Assembly: GCA_051010055.1 (NCBI GenBank)
Contig: JBPCVY010000044.1
Location: 3,634-67,633 of the forward strand
DNA length: 64,000 nt
Source: Hyphomicrobiales bacterium
GTDB taxonomy: Bacteria; Pseudomonadota; Alphaproteobacteria; Rhizobiales; CAJQND01
Reading direction: 5' to 3'
The position numbers and the translations under genes were made by a program. Positions 1-9,285 of this stretch are shown in pieces (position 1 is the first letter of the stretch; the number at the start of each line of letters is the position of its first letter). The notes below the pieces were generated by a model. It was given only the letters and a program-made list of their open reading frames with translations. It was not told the origin of the DNA and made no database searches.

Positions 1-1408
1 GGACGGCGATTTGACCGAAGGCGACGTTTACATTTTCAATGACCCCTACGATGGCGGCACCCATCTTTCCGACTTCCGGCTGGTGCGCCCGTTCTACAGG
101 AATGGTGAGGTTTTCTGTTATCTGGCATCGGTTGGCCATTGGCATGATGTCGGCGGTAATGTGCCCGGCAACTACAACCCGGTGGCCACCGAAAGCTTTC
201 AGGAAGGCATGCTGATACCGCCGGTAAAGCTTTTTGAGGAAGGCAAACTACGCCAGGACATCGTTGACATTCTTTCGGCAAATTCCAGACTTCCCGGCTC
301 CCTTTATGGTGATCTCAATGGTCAGATAAATGCTCTCGACCTTGGTGTGCGCCGCCTCACCGCCCTGCTGGATGAATATGGAGACGATACCGTTGCAGAA
401 GCGTTCTTGAGTTTGCGCGAGCGCGCCTCCATGCTCATGCGCGCCCACATACGCGACTTGCCGGATGGTTCCATATCCGCCGAAGACTATCTCGACAATG
501 ACGGCATTACCGACGAGCCACTTAAAATCGCGCTTGATCTTAATATTGACGGCGAAACCATGGAGATGGATTTCTCCCGCTCATCACCTGCCTGCCAGGG
601 CCCGGTAAACATTGCCCGCTCAACGACAATTGCCGCCTGCTATGTGGCGCTCAAGCATGTTTTTGGCGATGTGCCTGCAAATGCCGGCGTCCTGGAACCG
701 GTGAGCTTTAAAATTCCAGAAACATCAATCCTGGCGGTAAACGCCCCCAAACCGGTTGGCGGTTACACCGAAACCATTTTGCGGTTGATTGACGTGGTGT
801 TTCAGGCCATTGCGCAAATCGCACCGGAACGCTCAAACGGCTGCGCGTACGGTACTATCAATGCCCTGTCGCTTGCCGGTCACCGGGCAAATGGTCAGCG
901 CTGGGTCATGTTCTCGTTCTTTGGTGGCGGTCATGGTGGCCACCCTGATGGCGATGGTCTCAACCATGGCAACGCACCTATCTCAACCGCCACCATTCCG
1001 CCTCTGGAAATATTGGAAGCGGCCTATCCGGTCATGTTCACCCAGTGGGCGCTGCGCCCGGATTCAGGCGGCATGGGCAAGCATCGCGGCGGCCTGGGAG
1101 CGGTTTACGAAATCGAATTGCTTGAAGAAAAGGCAGATGTTTTTCTGTTCGGCGAGCGCGGCAAGTTTGCCCCCGCCGGGGTTGCCGGTGGTGAAGGGGG
1201 CGCAAAAAACATTTTCACGTTTGAAACAGAAACCGGTCCCGCCAACCCGCCAATGATTTCCAAAATGGTTGGCATCAAGTTGAAACGCGGCCAGAAAGTC
1301 CGCCTTGAGACACCGGGCGGCGGCGGCTATGGCCCGCCAGCGGAGCGCAAAGACAGCGCCCGCGCGCGCGACCTCGTTCTTGGCTTTGTCACGGAGGACA
1401 AACCGTGA
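1..1408 (+). CDS. Hydantoinase B / oxoprolinase family protein (HyuB-like), 5-prime truncated by window edge
   Basis: The ORF is open to the window start. It carries NDPYDGGTHLSD near the N-terminal end of the visible part and a GGGGYGPP motif near the C-terminus, both typical of the HyuB family. Roughly 100 N-terminal residues are missing. Confidence 0.85.
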   Translation, partial: DGDLTEGDVYIFNDPYDGGTHLSDFRLVRPFYRNGEVFCYLASVGHWHDVGGNVPGNYNPVATESFQEGMLIPPVKLFEEGKLRQDIVDILSANSRLPGSLYGDLNGQINALDLGVRRLTALLDEYGDDTVAEAFLSLRERASMLMRAHIRDLPDGSISAEDYLDNDGITDEPLKIALDLNIDGETMEMDFSRSSPACQGPVNIARSTTIAACYVALKHVFGDVPANAGVLEPVSFKIPETSILAVNAPKPVGGYTETILRLIDVVFQAIAQIAPERSNGCAYGTINALSLAGHRANGQRWVMFSFFGGGHGGHPDGDGLNHGNAPISTATIPPLEILEAAYPVMFTQWALRPDSGGMGKHRGGLGAVYEIELLEEKADVFLFGERGKFAPAGVAGGEGGAKNIFTFETETGPANPPMISKMVGIKLKRGQKVRLETPGGGGYGPPAERKDSARARDLVLGFVTEDKP

Positions 1409-3462
1409 GCAAAGCCAGCAAAGTTATCGGTGTTGATGTGGGCGGAACGTTCACTGATGCGTTCGTTCTGGATGAACAGACAAACTCGGTGAGGGTTGCC
1501 AAAGTCCCGTCCACCAGGGGCGATCAGTCGAAAGGGTTCATCGAAGGCATCAGCAAGGCCAATGAACGCTTTGACGATATCTCCACGGTTATTCACGGCA
1601 CGACCGTTGGCACGAATGCCCTGCTTGAGCGCAAGGGCGCGCAAACCGGCATCATCACGACCAAGGGCTTTCGCGACGTTTTGGAAATGCGCCGCCGCGA
1701 CCGGCCCAACACCTGGGGCTTGTGGGGCATGTTCGAGCCGGTGGTGCCACGCAATTTGCGTCTTGAAGTCTCAGAGCGCACACTTGCTGATGGAACAATC
1801 CGCACTCCCGTTGATATTGAAGAGGTAAAATCCGCAGCGCAACAGCTGCTTGATGCCCGGTGCGAAGCTGTCTGCATTTTCTTTATCAACGGATATGCCA
1901 ACGGCGCTAACGAACGGGCAGCGGCCGAAGCCGTCAGGTACATCTGGCCGACACCATATGTGGCCGCGGCAACGGAAATTCTGCCCGAAATCAGGGAGTT
2001 TGAACGTTGTTCCACCGGTACGCTGAATGCTTATCTGCAGCCTGTCGTTGCCAGCTATCTCGACCGGCTTGAAGGAGCGCTTGGCGAACGCTCGTGCCCT
2101 GGTGAAATTCTTATTGTCCAGTCGAATGGCGGGGTGATGAGCATCGAAATGGCGAAAGAACTTCCGGTGCGCACGGCCCTCTCAGGGCCCGCAGCCGGCG
2201 TCATCGCCGGTCAGCATATTGCCCGCGCGGCAGGGCTTGAGAATGTCATTACCTGCGATATGGGCGGCACCTCGTTCGATGTTTCCCTGATTGCAAATGG
2301 CGTCAGCGCCCTTGCCGCCCAGACGCAGATAGATTTCGGCATGGTGGTGCGCACGCCTATGATCGAAATCACCACAATCGGTGCAGGCGGCGGTTCCATC
2401 GCCAGGATTGACGAGGGCGGGCTTCTTGAAGTGGGCCCGGAAAGCGCAGGCTCTGATCCCGGCCCCGTGGCCTATGGCCTTGGCAATGACCGGCCAACGG
2501 TTACCGATGCCAATCTGGTTCTGGGCCGCATCAACCCTGACCGGCCCATTGGCGGAAAACTGAAACGCCTTGATGTGGAGGCGGCGAAGCAGGCCATTGA
2601 AAAACACATCGCAAAGCCCCTTGACCTGAACCCGATGGACGGAGCTGAAGCCATTGTCCGGGTCGCAAATGCCAAAATGACGGGCGCCATCAGGCTGATT
2701 TCCATTGAACGGGGCCACGACCCCAAAAAATTCTCGGCAATGCCATTCGGCGGCGGTGGGGCGCTGCACACCGGGGCGCTGATGAACGATATCGGATTGG
2801 CGTCCGCAATTGTACCGCGCTATCCCGGCGTTACATCGGCACTTGGCTGCGTTGTGGCGGATATGCGTCACGATATCGTCAAGACAGTCAACAAAATGCT
2901 GGATGATGTGGATGCCGATGAACTCGGCAGCCAAATGACAGCGCTTGCTGACAGGGCCCAGGCGGCCCTTTCACATTCGGGCGCCACAATTAAATTCATC
3001 GAAAAGGTCTACGAGCTCGATATGCTCTATCTTGGCCAGACACACACCGTTGCCGTTCCCGTTGAGATGAACTCGGACACGCTGACTAAGGCAGACATCC
3101 TCAACGCTTTTCAATCAGCCTACAAAGAGACGTTCGGCCGGTTGCTGGAAAAAATCCCAGCGCGCATTGTCAACATGCGCATCGCGGTCATTGGCAAACG
3201 GCCGGAAATCGACTTGTCGTCCCTAATGCCGGAGACCGAAAATTCAGTTGATGACTGTCATTTGGGGACGCGGCAGGTTTATGAATCCGGAACTTGGGTT
3301 GAGGTGAACCGCTATCAACGCCTGGATCTGCCAGTGGGGGCCGTTCTAAAAGGCCCGGCGCTGGCCGAACAGCCAGACACCACCATTTTCATCGATAGCG
3401 GCCTTGAAGGCCGGGTTGATGAATTCGGGAACATGATCATCACCCGTGCGGAGGCGCCATGA
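1405..3462 (+). CDS. Hydantoinase A / N-methylhydantoinase A / oxoprolinase family protein (HyuA-like)
   Basis: 685 aa with an N-terminal IGVDVGGTFTD actin-fold ATPase motif. The GTG start overlaps the upstream stop (GTGA at 1405-1408). Confidence 0.88.
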   Translation: MSKASKVIGVDVGGTFTDAFVLDEQTNSVRVAKVPSTRGDQSKGFIEGISKANERFDDISTVIHGTTVGTNALLERKGAQTGIITTKGFRDVLEMRRRDRPNTWGLWGMFEPVVPRNLRLEVSERTLADGTIRTPVDIEEVKSAAQQLLDARCEAVCIFFINGYANGANERAAAEAVRYIWPTPYVAAATEILPEIREFERCSTGTLNAYLQPVVASYLDRLEGALGERSCPGEILIVQSNGGVMSIEMAKELPVRTALSGPAAGVIAGQHIARAAGLENVITCDMGGTSFDVSLIANGVSALAAQTQIDFGMVVRTPMIEITTIGAGGGSIARIDEGGLLEVGPESAGSDPGPVAYGLGNDRPTVTDANLVLGRINPDRPIGGKLKRLDVEAAKQAIEKHIAKPLDLNPMDGAEAIVRVANAKMTGAIRLISIERGHDPKKFSAMPFGGGGALHTGALMNDIGLASAIVPRYPGVTSALGCVVADMRHDIVKTVNKMLDDVDADELGSQMTALADRAQAALSHSGATIKFIEKVYELDMLYLGQTHTVAVPVEMNSDTLTKADILNAFQSAYKETFGRLLEKIPARIVNMRIAVIGKRPEIDLSSLMPETENSVDDCHLGTRQVYESGTWVEVNRYQRLDLPVGAVLKGPALAEQPDTTIFIDSGLEGRVDEFGNMIITRAEAP

Positions 3463-4067
3463 TTGAACTCACTCCAGAAAAATCAGCATTGCTGCTGGTT
3501 GACTTGCAGAACGACTTTCTGCATCCGAAAGGGGCCTATGGCCGCGCCGGGCAGTCATCAAGGCAGATAAGTTCACTGCCCAAAAAAATTGCGCCTCTGG
3601 CCGATGCCATGCGCGATGCTGGCGGCTGGGTGGTTTCCACACATTTTACCCTCATTCCGGGCCGGTCCGGTGAGCCCCTTATCTCCGCACATTTGAAAAT
3701 GCTTCGGCCCTTTTTGGGACGGGGTGATTTTGCGCCAGGCTCATGGGGGCATGATTTGGTGGATGCTCTCAAGCCTGCAGACTTTAGAATAGAAAAGGTG
3801 GCCTATTCGGCCTTTTTCATGACGCGCCTTGAATGGGTATTGCGCAAGGCCGGCATTGATACGCTGCTCATTACCGGGATTGTTACCAATGGCGGTGTGG
3901 CGTCTACTTTGCGCGATGCCCATGTGCGTGATTTTCACACCATATTGCTCACCGATGGCTGCGGGGCGTTTTCGAGAAAAGTACACAATGCAGCGACTGC
4001 CGATCTTGCAACCATTTCGGAAACCGCAACCTGTGAAGATGCGGCAGTTGCGCTTGGCGTCAAATGA
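3459..4067 (+). CDS. Isochorismatase-fold hydrolase family protein (canonical nucleophile Cys replaced by Gly)
   Basis: 202 aa. It has the LLLVDLQNDF Asp motif, the IEKVAYSAFF Lys motif and GIVTNGGVASTLRDA, which aligns to the TNxCVxxTxRDA motif of RutB/PncA/CSHase-type enzymes but has Gly at the Cys position. ATGA overlaps occur at both ends. Confidence 0.8.
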   Translation: MIELTPEKSALLLVDLQNDFLHPKGAYGRAGQSSRQISSLPKKIAPLADAMRDAGGWVVSTHFTLIPGRSGEPLISAHLKMLRPFLGRGDFAPGSWGHDLVDALKPADFRIEKVAYSAFFMTRLEWVLRKAGIDTLLITGIVTNGGVASTLRDAHVRDFHTILLTDGCGAFSRKVHNAATADLATISETATCEDAAVALGVK

Positions 4068-5455
4068 GCGATGTTCTTTCCAGCAAAGATGTGAACTTTG
4101 ATGCCCACGCAGATATCGTGATTATCGGTGCTGGCGCTTGCGGGCTCACCGCAGCCCTTGCCGCCAGTGACAGAGGAGCCGAAGTGCTCATCCTGGAGCG
4201 GGATGCAGTACCTTCCGGCTCCACTGCCCTTTCTTCCGGTTTCATTCCCGCCGCGGGAACGCGCTATCAGGCAGCGCTTGGAATTGATGACAATCGGGAG
4301 CTCTTTGCCAAGGACATTCAGGCCAAGGCCAAGGGCCAGGCCCTCCAAAACCTTACCGATTTGGTGGCAGGCGCATCCGGCCCAGCGCTTGAGTGGCTCG
4401 CCGATGCCCATGGCCTGGAATGGGTGGTGCTGGATGAGTTTCTTTATCCCGGCCATTCCCGCCACCGCATGCATGCCACACCCGAGCGTACCGGCGAAGG
4501 ACTATTATCGCGCTTGGTGGCAGCAGTGGAACGGACGGGCATACCCATCGCGGTAAACAGCCATGTCACGGGCCTTTATGTTAATGAGCACGCTATTAAG
4601 GGCGTTCAGGTAAATCGTCCCGGAGGCTTATCTGAAACCATTTCCTGCAAGGCGCTTGTTCTCGCCTGCAATGGCTATGGCGGAAACCGTGAGTTGATTG
4701 CCAAGCACATTCCTGAAATGTCAGATGCTCTTTACTTCGGCCATGCGGGCAATCAGGGAGATGCAGTATTGTGGGGGGAAAAGCTGGGGGCGCGAAGTGA
4801 GCATTTGAGTGCATATCAAGGCCATGGGTCCGTTGCGCACCCTCACGCGGTGCTCATCACCTGGGCGCTGATTATGGAAGGGGCCGTGCAGGTGAACGCG
4901 GACGGTGAGCGGTTTTCCAACGAGCATGGCGGCTATTCAGAACAGGCGGTTCATGTGCTCGCCCAGCCCGAACGCATTGCCTGGTGCATTTATGATGAGC
5001 GTCTCCATGAGCTGGGGCTTGGGTTCGAGGACTATCGCACCGCAGATGAAATGGGAGCAATATTGTCTGCGCCCGATGCCGAAAGCTTGGCCAAAAAAAC
5101 CGGCCTGCCAGGCCCTGCTCTTTCCAAAACTCTTCAAGAAGTTCATCAGCTGGCGATAGACGACAGTAGGGATGTGTTTGGTCGCAGGTTTTCAAAAACA
5201 CAGGCTTTGGAGGCGCCTTTTTATGCGGTGAAAGTCACCGGAGCTGTGTTTCACACCCAGGGCGGTTTGGTTATCGACAGTTCTGCGCGGGTGGTGGATG
5301 CGGCAGGCCATCCGTTTTCGAACTTGTTTGCAGCAGGTGGAGCCGCGTGCGGGGTATCGGGCCCGGATGTTTCCGGCTACCTCTCCGGCAACGGCCTGCT
5401 CACCGCAATCGCATACGGCAAAATTGCCGGTAAAAATGCTCCGCAGCTGGTTTAG
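4064..5455 (+). CDS. FAD-dependent oxidoreductase (FAD_binding_2 type; fumarate reductase / KstD / TcuA-like soluble flavoprotein)
   Basis: 463 aa. N-terminal DIVIIGAGACGLTAALAASDRGAEVLILER dinucleotide-binding motif, and C-terminal HTQGGLVID...LFAAGGAACG motif typical of this flavoprotein family. Confidence 0.75.
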   Translation: MSDVLSSKDVNFDAHADIVIIGAGACGLTAALAASDRGAEVLILERDAVPSGSTALSSGFIPAAGTRYQAALGIDDNRELFAKDIQAKAKGQALQNLTDLVAGASGPALEWLADAHGLEWVVLDEFLYPGHSRHRMHATPERTGEGLLSRLVAAVERTGIPIAVNSHVTGLYVNEHAIKGVQVNRPGGLSETISCKALVLACNGYGGNRELIAKHIPEMSDALYFGHAGNQGDAVLWGEKLGARSEHLSAYQGHGSVAHPHAVLITWALIMEGAVQVNADGERFSNEHGGYSEQAVHVLAQPERIAWCIYDERLHELGLGFEDYRTADEMGAILSAPDAESLAKKTGLPGPALSKTLQEVHQLAIDDSRDVFGRRFSKTQALEAPFYAVKVTGAVFHTQGGLVIDSSARVVDAAGHPFSNLFAAGGAACGVSGPDVSGYLSGNGLLTAIAYGKIAGKNAPQLV

Positions 5456-6660
5456 CCGAAACTGCTCGTGCGCACGCTGACACACTTGCGGTTCACAAGG
5501 TCTGGGGCCAGCGTCAGACCAAGGCCTGCGCCATTGGGAACTGTTATAAACCCTTTCTCTATTTGCGGCAGGGCATCCACATACTCGTGATACCAGCCAT
5601 AATAGAAGGCGCGGGCAATTTCCTGCTCATTCACATTCTGGCAGGACAGCGCGAGATGGGTTGAACCAACCAACGTAACGGGGCCGGAACAATCGTGAAA
5701 TGCTATGGGCTTTGAGTATTTTCCGGCCAACGCGGCCGCCTCGCGCCCAAATGTGATGCCGCCGCCCCAGGTAACATCCACTATCAATGTGGAGAGAGCT
5801 TCTGCTTCAAGTGCGCTGCGGATTTGGCCGAGACCGCCCAGGGTTTCACCACCCGCAAGAGGCGCGCTGGTGGATGCGCCCAATGCGCTCAGGTCGGTAA
5901 ACCTGTCCATCCAGACAGGGTCTTCCACCCAGTCAATTTCCAGCGGTTCCAGCGCGGAGCAAATTTTTTGAGCTGCCGGCAGCGACCAAAGTCCATGCAG
6001 TTCAGCCTTCAAGCGCATGGTGTTGCCATGGGCCTTGCGCACTTTTTCAAATGGCGCAAGCGCCATCTTTAGATCCGCAGCTGAAATATCCATTCCATCG
6101 GCTGCGCCTGCTGCGAAATCAAAGGGCCATATTTTCATTGATGAGATGCCGGTTGAAAGCAAATCGGAAGCCAGCTCATCGGCCCGGTTAAGAAATGCGT
6201 CAAGGTCTTCATATGTCCTGGCCTTGCCGCCCTCTCCCGGAAGACCGAAGTTCCCCGGCTTCACTTCTGACGTTTTTGATACGTAATCCGGACCGGCACA
6301 GGTGTTGTAGACCTTGATCTTTTCTCGGCATGCCCCGCCCAGCAATGCGTGGAGCGGTTTACCTGCCGCTTTGCCAGCAATATCCCATAACGCCACATCA
6401 ACTGCTGAAAGGGCCCGCATTTCTGCCCCGGTTCCAGCGAACCCCACATAGGGGCGCATCTTCTTGTTCAGCGCGTCGATTTCAGATGCATTTCCGCCAA
6501 GAATGAGCGGGGCAATGCGCTCATGGATATCGGCCTCCACCGCACCTGCGCCAAACCATGTCTCGCCCAGCCCGGTGAGGCCGTTTTCGGTATCAATTTC
6601 CACCCAGATAACGCTGGGGCGGGCATCGGTTCTGATTGTTCTGATTGCGGTGATCTTCAT
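5452..6660 (-). CDS. Enolase-superfamily enzyme (mandelate racemase / muconate lactonizing enzyme family, dehydratase-like)
   Basis: 402 aa. The N-terminal capping-domain pattern (MKITAIRT...GLTGLGET) and overall length fit MR/MLE-family members. Its stop overlaps the convergent flavoprotein stop by 4 nt. Confidence 0.78.
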   Translation of the reverse strand: MKITAIRTIRTDARPSVIWVEIDTENGLTGLGETWFGAGAVEADIHERIAPLILGGNASEIDALNKKMRPYVGFAGTGAEMRALSAVDVALWDIAGKAAGKPLHALLGGACREKIKVYNTCAGPDYVSKTSEVKPGNFGLPGEGGKARTYEDLDAFLNRADELASDLLSTGISSMKIWPFDFAAGAADGMDISAADLKMALAPFEKVRKAHGNTMRLKAELHGLWSLPAAQKICSALEPLEIDWVEDPVWMDRFTDLSALGASTSAPLAGGETLGGLGQIRSALEAEALSTLIVDVTWGGGITFGREAAALAGKYSKPIAFHDCSGPVTLVGSTHLALSCQNVNEQEIARAFYYGWYHEYVDALPQIEKGFITVPNGAGLGLTLAPDLVNRKCVSVRTSSFG

Positions 6661-6894
6661 CTCAGGTGCCCCGTTTCAACAGAAACTCATATTGCTGCAA
6701 AACCGGCAGGGCTGTCACCTGTCATCGCAACAGGCCATCATCCCGCATCCCGGAAAGCATGCCGCTTAAAACAACCGCCCGCCAATTTTTCTCGACGCAG
6801 GCGAACGGGCGGGGCATTCTTGGCCCAGAAATTATTGCGGGCACTCGAAAGCAACCCCATTCCAATCAGCAACAACATCAAGCAGGAAACGTCC

Positions 6895-8178
6895 ATGCCA
6901 GGTGGAGCACGAGCGGAAATTGTTTCAAATCTCAATGGCCGCTTGTTTTACGGCTGGGTGATTGTGGCAGTTGCCAGTCTTGGGGTTTTCGCGAGCGGGC
7001 CGGGGCAGTCGCACACTTTTTCCGTTTTCGTGCAGCCGATAAGCAAAGACCTTGGCATTTCAAGTGCAACAATCGCCACCGCATATGGTCTGGCGACATT
7101 GGCGGCAGCATTTCTGCTGCCGAAGATGGGCCAGCTGGTCGACCGGCATGGCCCGCGCCGCATGTTGTTTGTCATTGTGATTGCGCTTGGCCTGGCCTGC
7201 TTGTTTTTTGGTGCAGCGGCAAACTTCCTGTGGCTGGCGGTTGGCTTTGCATTGCTCAGGTTTTTCGGCCAGGGCTCATTTTTGTTGGGGTGCGCCAACC
7301 TAGTCTCCCAATGGTTCTCCAAAGGGCGCGGGTTCGCCATGAGCCTAATGGCGCTTGGTTTTGGTATATCCATGGCCGTGCACCCACCGCTGGCCCAGTA
7401 TCTTCTTGATGAAATTGGCTGGCGCAACGCCTGGTTTGTCATGGGCGCACTCACGTGGCTCACCATGCTGCCGCCGATTGCGCTTCTTGTTCTCGACAAG
7501 CCGGAGGAGGTTGGACTGCGACCTGATGGTGCAGCCCCCGATGAAGATGAGCAATCCAATGGCGCTGGCGCCTCGGGCCTCACCTTGTCGGAAGCGTTGA
7601 AGGAACCGAGTTTCTACATTCTGTCAGCAGGGTGGTTTTCCATCGCCATGCTCATCACCACTTTGCACTTCTACCAGGTTTCCGTTCTCACCAGCCAAGG
7701 CATCTCCACCGAAACCGCCGCCAGAGCCTTCACCATTTCGGCGATTACGATGGTTGCCGCCATGCCACTGGTGGGCAAGGCGTTCGACACCTTCCGCACC
7801 CGCTATGTGTACGCGACCGCCCTTTTCGTCACCGCCGCATCACTTGTTGCAATCACCTACGCGACCGGGCTTGCAAGCGCCATGGTTTATGCAGTGCTGT
7901 TTGGCATCAACAACGCTTTTACAATGACCATGTTCGGCTACATCTGGCCGCGTTATTTCGGCCGCAAGCACTTGGGGGCGATACAGGGGACAGGGCAAAT
8001 GATTGGCGTGGTGGGGGCATCTCTCGGGCCGTTACCGGTAGGGCTTGCCTTTGATTATGCAGACAGCGCCAATCTTACCATCCGTGTTCTTGCGCTGTTG
8101 CCGGTTGCTGCAGCGTTTGCCGGGCTTATTTTCCTGCGCACCCCGCAAGCGGTTACAGGCGAGGAACATTTGGAATAA
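6895..8178 (+). CDS. MFS transporter (oxalate/formate-antiporter-like subfamily)
   Basis: The track ORF starts at 6523, but its first 124 codons overlap the enolase gene antisense. An in-frame ATG at 6895 precedes the 12-TM-type hydrophobic profile (FYGWVIVAVASLGVFASGPGQSHTFSVF). Confidence 0.8.
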   Translation: MPGGARAEIVSNLNGRLFYGWVIVAVASLGVFASGPGQSHTFSVFVQPISKDLGISSATIATAYGLATLAAAFLLPKMGQLVDRHGPRRMLFVIVIALGLACLFFGAAANFLWLAVGFALLRFFGQGSFLLGCANLVSQWFSKGRGFAMSLMALGFGISMAVHPPLAQYLLDEIGWRNAWFVMGALTWLTMLPPIALLVLDKPEEVGLRPDGAAPDEDEQSNGAGASGLTLSEALKEPSFYILSAGWFSIAMLITTLHFYQVSVLTSQGISTETAARAFTISAITMVAAMPLVGKAFDTFRTRYVYATALFVTAASLVAITYATGLASAMVYAVLFGINNAFTMTMFGYIWPRYFGRKHLGAIQGTGQMIGVVGASLGPLPVGLAFDYADSANLTIRVLALLPVAAAFAGLIFLRTPQAVTGEEHLE

Positions 8179-8203
8179 AATCGCACCGGAAAGTGAGCAG
8201 ACC

Positions 8204-9133
8204 ATGAGTTACGAAAATATGAAAAGCAAACTCGCCGAAGGTGGTGTTGTCATTCTTGATGGCGGCACGGGCACTGAGCTTGAGCGGCGCGGCGTCGATA
8301 TGAACCCTGAAGCATGGTGCGGGGTTGCAACCCTTGAGGCCGAAGAAACCCTGGTGGAGGTCCACAAGGATTACATAAGGGCCGGTGCGGAAGTTATCAC
8401 CGCGAACACATTCGCATCATCAAGGCTCATGCTTTCCCCGGCAGGTTTTGCCGATAGCGTGGATGAAGTAAACCGCAAGGCGGTCCGCGCCGCCCATAAA
8501 GCATGCGCTGAACTTGGCGCAGAGAATGTGCTTATCGCCGGGTCTCTCTCCCATATGGTGCCCATTGCCCCAGAAACTGCAAAGCCCGACCCTGCCCGAA
8601 TTCCTGACAATACCGCTCTGGCTGACGCCTTTGGCGAGCTGGCGCAAATCCACAAGCAAGAAGGTTGCGACCTCATCTTGATGGAGATGATGTATGATCC
8701 GGGGCGCATGGAACTTGCCCTTGCAGCTGCCGGTGCAACCGGCCTTCCGGTTTGGGCCGGATTGTCGGCGCGGCGTGCAGATGATGGTGCGGTTTTGAGC
8801 TTTGCCGCCCATGAAGACATTGCTTATGGGGAAATCGTGGCGCTTGCATCACGTCACAAGCCCGATGCCATCGGTACCATGCATACCCCCTCCAACCTGA
8901 TTTCGGATTGCGATGCAATTATTGCACAGGAGTTTGACGGAGCCCGCATGGCCTATCCGGATAGCGGTTACTTCAAGATGCCGAGCTGGCAGTTTGAGGA
9001 CATTATACCGCCGGAGGAATTTGCCGCCTATGCAGATGAGTGGAAAACGGCCGGTGTACAAATCATTGGCGGCTGTTGCGGGCTGTCGCCTAAACACATT
9101 CAAGCCCTCGCCCCGTTGAAGTCTGCCTCATAG
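8204..9133 (+). CDS. Homocysteine S-methyltransferase family protein (MmuM/BHMT-like)
   Basis: N-terminal LDGGTGTELERRG motif and C-terminal IIGGCCG zinc-ligand motif. An ATG at 8204 lies 25 nt after the MFS stop. The upstream part of the track ORF overlaps the MFS gene. Confidence 0.8.
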   Translation: MSYENMKSKLAEGGVVILDGGTGTELERRGVDMNPEAWCGVATLEAEETLVEVHKDYIRAGAEVITANTFASSRLMLSPAGFADSVDEVNRKAVRAAHKACAELGAENVLIAGSLSHMVPIAPETAKPDPARIPDNTALADAFGELAQIHKQEGCDLILMEMMYDPGRMELALAAAGATGLPVWAGLSARRADDGAVLSFAAHEDIAYGEIVALASRHKPDAIGTMHTPSNLISDCDAIIAQEFDGARMAYPDSGYFKMPSWQFEDIIPPEEFAAYADEWKTAGVQIIGGCCGLSPKHIQALAPLKSAS

Positions 9134-9285
9134 TCCAGCAGATCAAACGCCTCAAAACCGCCCCGATTAAATCCCACTTTTACCCTCGGGCGGATGGGTA
9201 ACGTTAACAAAGGGTCAACCGGCGCAATTTAGAAACTGTTTATGCCAGAAGGCGGCTTTAACAGGATTATTCGCCAAAGTATCTA

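Noticed and set aside
6523-6894. A 124-codon N-terminal extension of the MFS ORF.
   Set aside because: The extension overlaps the enolase-superfamily gene antisense and the divergent promoter region. The hydrophobic transporter core begins just after the ATG at 6895.
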